IMG/VR virus record: IMGVR_UViG_3300042328_001905
Direction: 5' to 3' (one strand)
Source of the DNA: an uncultured virus (IMG/VR IMGVR_UViG_3300042328_001905)
Lineage: Duplodnaviria > Heunggongvirae > Uroviricota > Caudoviricetes
DNA: 20,000 bases
Shown here piece after piece: positions 14,898-20,000 of the stretch (position 1 is its first letter; each line of letters begins with the position of its first letter). The notes beneath the pieces are model-generated. The model saw only the letters and a program-made list of their open reading frames with translations. It did no database searches and was not told where the DNA came from. A program made the translations under genes and the position numbers.

Positions 14898-15107
14898 TTA
14901 AAATTTAATATCAGTTTCTGGTGCAGTTTCTTTAAAAAATACTCCAAGGATACCGAATACAACAGCAGCACCGTTCATTGCTGTATTCCATTGTTCATCA
15001 GGGATTTGTTGACCTGCTAAAGCAAATAATGCAGCTAGAGATGCATGTGTACTTGGTTCTCTTAACCTTTTAAATACATATAACAATTTTCCTATTATGT
15101 TCCCCAT
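14898..15107 (-). CDS. Holin-like two-TM small protein
   Basis: AGGAG SD; RLREPST..L motif with two hydrophobic segments; CTAAATA late-promoter variant at 15136-15130. Confidence 0.55.
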   Translation of the reverse strand: MGNIIGKLLYVFKRLREPSTHASLAALFALAGQQIPDEQWNTAMNGAAVVFGILGVFFKETAPETDIKF

Positions 15108-15146
15108 AAAAATCTCCTATTTTTATTTGTATTTAGTAAAAATAGC

Positions 15147-15180
15147 TTGACTACATCGAACTTATACGGTATAATAAATA
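15147..15180 (+). promoter_or_regulatory. sigma70 promoter with overlapping late-type ATAAATA, heading the run of genes that ends in pmoC
   Basis: TTGACT (15147-15152), 17 bp, TATAAT (15170-15175); ATAAATA at 15174-15180. Confidence 0.7.
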
Positions 15181-15207
15181 AGAGGAAACTAAAATTTGAG
15201 GCATAAT

Positions 15208-15435
15208 ATGATACAATCAGTTGAAGATTACCATGAAGGGGTTGCAGTGTTTAATACCAATGAAGTGAAACTCGTTCATGAGTTTAAGCAAGGATCTAAC
15301 CATTCTATGGTTAGAGAAAAAAACGGAATTTATATCGTTGATTTATTTAGTCAACGTGGTATTGAAGCTAGAACTAGATATGATAATTTAGAATCAGCAA
15401 AAAAAGTAGCTGAAGATTGGGTGTTAAATAAGTAA
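15208..15435 (+). CDS. Hypothetical protein
   Basis: GAGG SD before ATG 15208; C-terminal AKKVAEDWV. Confidence 0.65.
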   Translation: MIQSVEDYHEGVAVFNTNEVKLVHEFKQGSNHSMVREKNGIYIVDLFSQRGIEARTRYDNLESAKKVAEDWVLNK

Positions 15436-15650
15436 TGTTAAATTGGATCGGAACTGTTAATTTTTTGGTTGCAGGAACTTTGATTGCAACAAATGTTGAA
15501 CCTTATAGTAAATATGCATTTATATTTTTTATGTTGGGGCATGGTTCTTGTCTATTAAATGCGTTTAATAAAAATATATATTCGTTAAAAGTGCGATATA
15601 TTTTCTTTTGTATTATAGATGCAGTTGGTATCTATAATTGGTTTAGTTAA
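15435..15650 (+). CDS. Small 3-TM membrane protein
   Basis: WIGT.......L.A.N...GIYNWF pattern common in phage small membrane proteins. Confidence 0.65.
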   Translation: MLNWIGTVNFLVAGTLIATNVEPYSKYAFIFFMLGHGSCLLNAFNKNIYSLKVRYIFFCIIDAVGIYNWFS

Positions 15651-15659
15651 GGAGTATTA

Positions 15660-16121
15660 ATGAAATCGTTTAAACAATTTATGGATGATATTGTTGAAGA
15701 TAAATCACCATGCTGGAAAAATTATAAAATGTTAGGTATGAAGAAAAAAGGGTCAAAAATGGTTCCTAATTGCATACCTGAAGAAGTTGAAGAAATTTTT
15801 GAAGTTACTGGCACTGAATTGTATGAAGATTGGCAAGAACTTGACGAAGAAGCTGAAAAAAATGGTAAACGAGTTAAATTAAATAAACCATTTTTAACTC
15901 CAGGTGGTCCAAAGAAACGTTCAGTGTATGTAAAAAATGGCTCAGGTAATGTCGTTAAAGTAAATTTTGGTGATCCAAATATGGAAATTAAACGAGATAG
16001 TCCTGAGCGTAGAAAAAGTTATAGAGCTAGACATCATTGTTCCGATCCAGGTCCAAAATGGAAAGCTAATTATTGGAGTTGTAAATATTGGAGTAATACT
16101 CCCGTATCAAAACTAGATTAA
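15660..16121 (+). CDS. Conserved T4-like phage protein (DUF6321-like) with capsid-targeting-like N-terminus
   Basis: AAGGAG SD; MKSFKQF; PCWKNY...VPNC; VNFGDPNM.IKRD.PERRKSYRARH.C; YWSC. Confidence 0.75.
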   Translation: MKSFKQFMDDIVEDKSPCWKNYKMLGMKKKGSKMVPNCIPEEVEEIFEVTGTELYEDWQELDEEAEKNGKRVKLNKPFLTPGGPKKRSVYVKNGSGNVVKVNFGDPNMEIKRDSPERRKSYRARHHCSDPGPKWKANYWSCKYWSNTPVSKLD

Positions 16122-16206
16122 TACAGAATCTCCCCGCTGCCTAGACGGTTCTAGGTAAAACCGATGCATGTGCATCAAACTTTAATCTGAAACAAAGGAG
16201 TCTTAC

Positions 16207-16959
16207 ATGGCTGCTACATCTAATACTATTAAAGAAACTGTTACAGAAACACCATTGTTAAATAAAAGAAATTTAACATTAGGTATGTTGTTATATTTAA
16301 CATTTTATTCATTTATTCGTTGGTACGAAGGGGTTTATGGTTGGTCAGCTGGTCTCGACTCATTCGCTCCAGAATTCGAAACATACTGGATGAACATGTT
16401 GTATATTGAAATTGTTGCAGAAGTGTTATTGTTCGCGGGTATTAATGGTTATATTTGGAAAACTCGTGATCGTAAAATGATGTCAATTATTCCGCGTGAA
16501 GAGTTGCGTAGACATTTTACTCATTGGACATGGTTGGTTTGCTACGGCTGGGCTATCTACTGGGGTGCTAGTTACTTCACAGAGCAAGACGGTACATGGC
16601 ACCAAACTATTGTTCGTGATACTGACTTTACTCCAAGTCATATTATTGAATTCTATTTGAGTTACCCAATCTATATCATCACTGGTACAGCTAGTTTTAT
16701 GTATGCAAAAACAAGATTGCCTACTTATCAACAAGGTTTACATTTAATGTATCTTATTGCTGTAATTGGTCCTTTCATGATCTTACCAAATGTTGGTTTA
16801 AATGAATGGGGTCACACATTCTGGTTTATGGAAGAGTTGTTTGTTGCTCCATTACACTATGGATTTGTGTTCTTTGGTTGGGCTGCTCTAGCTGTAATGG
16901 GTGTTGTGAACACCGAAGTAATGGCAATTTCTAAATTATTGAAAAATGATTTAGCATAA
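16207..16959 (+). CDS. pmoC: Particulate methane monooxygenase subunit C (phage auxiliary metabolic gene)
   Basis: RWYEGVYGWSAGLDSFAPEFETYWMN, YFTEQDGTWHQT, DFTPSHIIEFYLSYP and GLNEWGHTFWFMEELFVAPLHYGFV; 250 aa; AAGGAG SD. Confidence 0.97.
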   Translation: MAATSNTIKETVTETPLLNKRNLTLGMLLYLTFYSFIRWYEGVYGWSAGLDSFAPEFETYWMNMLYIEIVAEVLLFAGINGYIWKTRDRKMMSIIPREELRRHFTHWTWLVCYGWAIYWGASYFTEQDGTWHQTIVRDTDFTPSHIIEFYLSYPIYIITGTASFMYAKTRLPTYQQGLHLMYLIAVIGPFMILPNVGLNEWGHTFWFMEELFVAPLHYGFVFFGWAALAVMGVVNTEVMAISKLLKNDLA

Positions 16960-16978
16960 GTTAAGTCAACTGTTAAAC

Positions 16979-17005
16979 AAAAAGGGAGCTTCGGCTCCCT
17001 TTTTT
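16979..17005 (+). terminator. Intrinsic terminator with C(UUCG)G tetraloop
   Basis: AAAAA-GGGAGC-TTCG-GCTCCC-TTTTTT. Confidence 0.92.
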
Positions 17006-17043
17006 ATTACCTAAATATGTTTGTACACAATTTAGGTAGAAGT

Positions 17044-18048
17044 ATGAACGAATTAAACGATTTTTTAAACCTTATAGCAGAAGCAAAAAAAGAAGCTAAA
17101 ATACTAGGGAATACTACAGTCGAAAATCCAATAGAAATTGTTGAAGAAAAATCTAAATTAAAAATTCCAAAAATAGATATATCTTCTAAATTAAAAGATA
17201 CTTCTTTCTTATCTCTACTTGAATCAGAAATGGTTAAATCAAAAGAAGTAGAAGCTAACGAAAAGAAAACAACCGATATATTTACATCATTCTTTGAATC
17301 TATTCCTGTAACATTTAATAAACCTGTTGAACCAGAAATAACTAACCCATTAGAAATTTTTTCTCCTGAACAAGACATAGAATTAATAGAAGAAATTTTA
17401 GTTGAGCAAGAACAAAAGATTCAGCCAGAAATTTTAGTTGACACGCCAATTATTCCTGAAGTTATTGTAGAAGAACCAAAGAAACTAGATTTAACTGATC
17501 CATCTCATTACGATAAATTATTCAAAACCAATACAGATCATTTTGCTCAACCTGATCTACCAAAATCAGATCCAAATATAAAAGCATTAACTGATAAGAT
17601 CAAGTATATGGAAGATTGGTTAACCAAAATCGCCATGGCTGGTCCAGGATCTGGTGAGGTTAATCTTAGATATCTTGATGACGTTGATCGTTCAAGTATC
17701 TATGATATGAGATATATGAGGTACAATAATACCTCAAGAAAATTTGAATTTGCTGAAATTAATCCTCATGATGTAATATATACAACACATTTAGTAACTT
17801 CAGCAACATACACAATCGATAATGATGATTATTATGTTGGTGTTGATTATAATAATACCGTTGATATAACATTACCTGCAACCCCAAATTCAGGCAGGAT
17901 GTTAATTATTAAAGATGAGTCTGGTAATTGCTCAACAAACCCTATAACAGTTCATGGAACAGTAGATAATGATCCAGGTGGATTTATACTACAAATAGAT
18001 AACGGAGCAATACAATTGCTCTATAGAAACGGATGGAGAATAGTATGA
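17044..18048 (+). CDS. Probable virion structural protein
   Basis: CTAAATA late-promoter variant at 17011-17017; acidic Pro-rich N-terminal half; GSGEVNLRYLDDV motif; C-terminal DYYVGV...ITLP...GR.LIIKDESG domain seen in phage tail-associated proteins. Confidence 0.65.
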   Translation: MNELNDFLNLIAEAKKEAKILGNTTVENPIEIVEEKSKLKIPKIDISSKLKDTSFLSLLESEMVKSKEVEANEKKTTDIFTSFFESIPVTFNKPVEPEITNPLEIFSPEQDIELIEEILVEQEQKIQPEILVDTPIIPEVIVEEPKKLDLTDPSHYDKLFKTNTDHFAQPDLPKSDPNIKALTDKIKYMEDWLTKIAMAGPGSGEVNLRYLDDVDRSSIYDMRYMRYNNTSRKFEFAEINPHDVIYTTHLVTSATYTIDNDDYYVGVDYNNTVDITLPATPNSGRMLIIKDESGNCSTNPITVHGTVDNDPGGFILQIDNGAIQLLYRNGWRIV

Positions 18049-19874
18049 CTTATTTGTTTACAAATAATCAAGAAATTAAAAATACACAAGATGGGCCAAT
18101 TTCAATTGCTGTTTATGACACAACAGGCAATACAGCTAATTTAAATTCTGTTCAACATCCGCTCTATGTCGCAGGTAATGTTGGTTTTACCAATAATCAA
18201 GTTGTAGTAAGTAACGATCTACGAATCAGCGGTAATGTTGCTATTGTAGATCAATATGGACATTTTAATTCTACTGACTATCCAGTATATGTTGTATCTC
18301 ATGTATCTAATGTAGAAAATGATCCAGTATTAGTAAAATATGCTGATAAAACAAATCCCCAATTAGATGCTCAAGAAAGACTACGTGTAACTATACCATC
18401 ACAACAATGGTGGTATGTTCCAGCTATTGATAAAGATGGAGATTTGCGATTCGTGGAATCGTTTGCTGGTGCTAATGCAAATAGTTATTTTATACAAAAT
18501 TTAGCCTCAGTTTATTTGACAAGTGGAACAACATACAACTCAAATACTGCTTTAACTGGTCAAGCAATTCGTGGTTCAAGACGCAGACATAAAATTCGCC
18601 CAGGTGTTTCTCATGAATTTTTCTCTATCCATAATTGGGATGGAGCTCAACCAAATGTAGTAAAACGTCGTGGGATGTTTACCAATTATAATGGTATTTT
18701 CTATGAAGTAACTGATAAATTATATGCAGTTGTTCGTCGAAGATTACTAGATGGAACTCTAGTAGAAAACAGTATTCCATTCGATCAATTCTCTGAAGAT
18801 AAATTAAATGGAACAGGTAAATCTGGATTAGATTTTAGGGAATCTGCTAATACAAAATTAACCCTAACAGGATATGTAGCAAATAGTACTGTTAAAAAAT
18901 CTATAACAGGTTCTACAGAAGATGTTTATAATGTTACCTATACAACATCAGGTAATACAAGCACTTTAAATATTGGATCAAAAGTGACTGTAACAGGTGT
19001 AACTCCTACAACATATAATGGAGTTGCAATGGTACAATCAACTACAGTTAACACAATAACTGTTTCTTATACTAGAAATCCAGGGGTTTATTCTAGTATG
19101 AGTTCCGGATTATTAACGCATACTGCATACCACAATATGCATAATTGGTGGTTTGATTTTAATGGCGGTAGAACATCTAAAGTTCGTTTTGGAGTAAATG
19201 GTGTCTCTGGTCCAGTTGTGCTTCATGTAGAAGATTTTGTTGGTAATTATGCTACTCAATACGAAAATGCTCCAGCATTAATGGATAGAACTGAAATTAT
19301 TAATACTGGTGTACCTGATTATATGCCAAGTTTTACAACTGCTGGATCAACCTATAACGTAGAAGCAGAAGTAGAATTAAATCCTGGATTTGGTGTAGCT
19401 CAATCAACAAATACCGTTGCTCTTGTTAAATCTTCCGGTCACGAATATGCTGTTCTTGGTCTAGGGTTAAGAGCTGGAGAACCATACCAACGTGCTGATA
19501 TGCAAATACAAGGTCTACAATTAATAGATCTTGGTAATGCTAATCAAAATAACTATGGCGTGTATCAATGGAGATTAGTGCTTAACCCAACTTTAGGTGG
19601 GACAGCAATCCCAACTCCTATTAATGTAGGTAAAGCTTCAAGAATGTGGGATTATACTACTGGAACAACCTTGAGCGGCGGAATAGATTTAACAGGTGGA
19701 TATTTTACATCAACTCAAACCATTGATATCAAAAACGCTCTAAATTTCTTGAACATGGGATCAAATCTTGACTATACAGATGCAGATAAACTTGTTCTTG
19801 CTGTAAAAATTATTGCAAATGGTACAGCTGATGGTTCAATTCTTTCATCAATGACATTTATCGAAGATTTATAG
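18045..19874 (+). CDS. Probable virion structural or tail-associated protein
   Basis: GGAG SD before MTYLF; G/T/N/S-rich, beta-strand-like composition; coupled to the previous late gene. Confidence 0.6.
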   Translation: MTYLFTNNQEIKNTQDGPISIAVYDTTGNTANLNSVQHPLYVAGNVGFTNNQVVVSNDLRISGNVAIVDQYGHFNSTDYPVYVVSHVSNVENDPVLVKYADKTNPQLDAQERLRVTIPSQQWWYVPAIDKDGDLRFVESFAGANANSYFIQNLASVYLTSGTTYNSNTALTGQAIRGSRRRHKIRPGVSHEFFSIHNWDGAQPNVVKRRGMFTNYNGIFYEVTDKLYAVVRRRLLDGTLVENSIPFDQFSEDKLNGTGKSGLDFRESANTKLTLTGYVANSTVKKSITGSTEDVYNVTYTTSGNTSTLNIGSKVTVTGVTPTTYNGVAMVQSTTVNTITVSYTRNPGVYSSMSSGLLTHTAYHNMHNWWFDFNGGRTSKVRFGVNGVSGPVVLHVEDFVGNYATQYENAPALMDRTEIINTGVPDYMPSFTTAGSTYNVEAEVELNPGFGVAQSTNTVALVKSSGHEYAVLGLGLRAGEPYQRADMQIQGLQLIDLGNANQNNYGVYQWRLVLNPTLGGTAIPTPINVGKASRMWDYTTGTTLSGGIDLTGGYFTSTQTIDIKNALNFLNMGSNLDYTDADKLVLAVKIIANGTADGSILSSMTFIEDL

Positions 19875-20000
19875 ATTTTGAATTAGCAACAGTTTCTAGA
19901 ATAGAGCAGTGGAATAGTAAAAATTATAAACGGTTAAGATATCAAACAGATACAAAATGGAACAAAGGTCATCTCCCAGCAATGTTTGAGTCCTATCAAA

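Noticed and set aside
13793..14908. ORFs 13793-13987 (-) and 14495-14908 (+)
   Set aside because: Antisense shadows of genes that have SDs or translational coupling.
16147..16155. GGTTCTAG resembles a preQ1-I riboswitch loop
   Set aside because: The P1 stem and the A-rich 3' tail arrangement are missing.
16483..17378. ORFs 16483-16734 and 17007-17378 (-)
   Set aside because: Antisense shadows of pmoC and the structural gene.
19875..20000. Possible 3' end of a minus-strand gene entering from the right
   Set aside because: Two short open frames with no recognisable motif; cannot be assigned from this window.

Overview
AT-rich segment of a large T4-like (Tevenvirinae-type) dsDNA phage that most likely infects a gammaproteobacterial (type I) methanotroph. 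The left arm (minus strand) carries a gp33-like late co-activator (partial), a SleB-type cell-wall hydrolase, a PD-(D/E)XK exonuclease and phoH, with a free-standing HNH/NUMOD3 endonuclease in the opposite orientation between the last two. A ~550-bp non-coding region follows, with divergent sigma70 promoters, a ~300-nt stem-rich transcript and a cluster of GAA-triloop hairpins. The right arm (mostly plus strand) carries topoisomerase II subunits (gp39+60 and gp52), RNase H, paralogous His-rich proteins with capsid-targeting-like N-termini, many small ORFs, a stand-alone pmoC auxiliary metabolic gene with a structured leader and UUCG terminator, and two probable virion proteins. The strongest candidates for something undescribed are the 3850-4245 RNA/hairpin locus, the convergent late-promoter design of the HNH cassette, and the structured leaders of pmoC and the hydrolase. 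Family assignments come from motif recognition by eye; no searches or folding programs were run.
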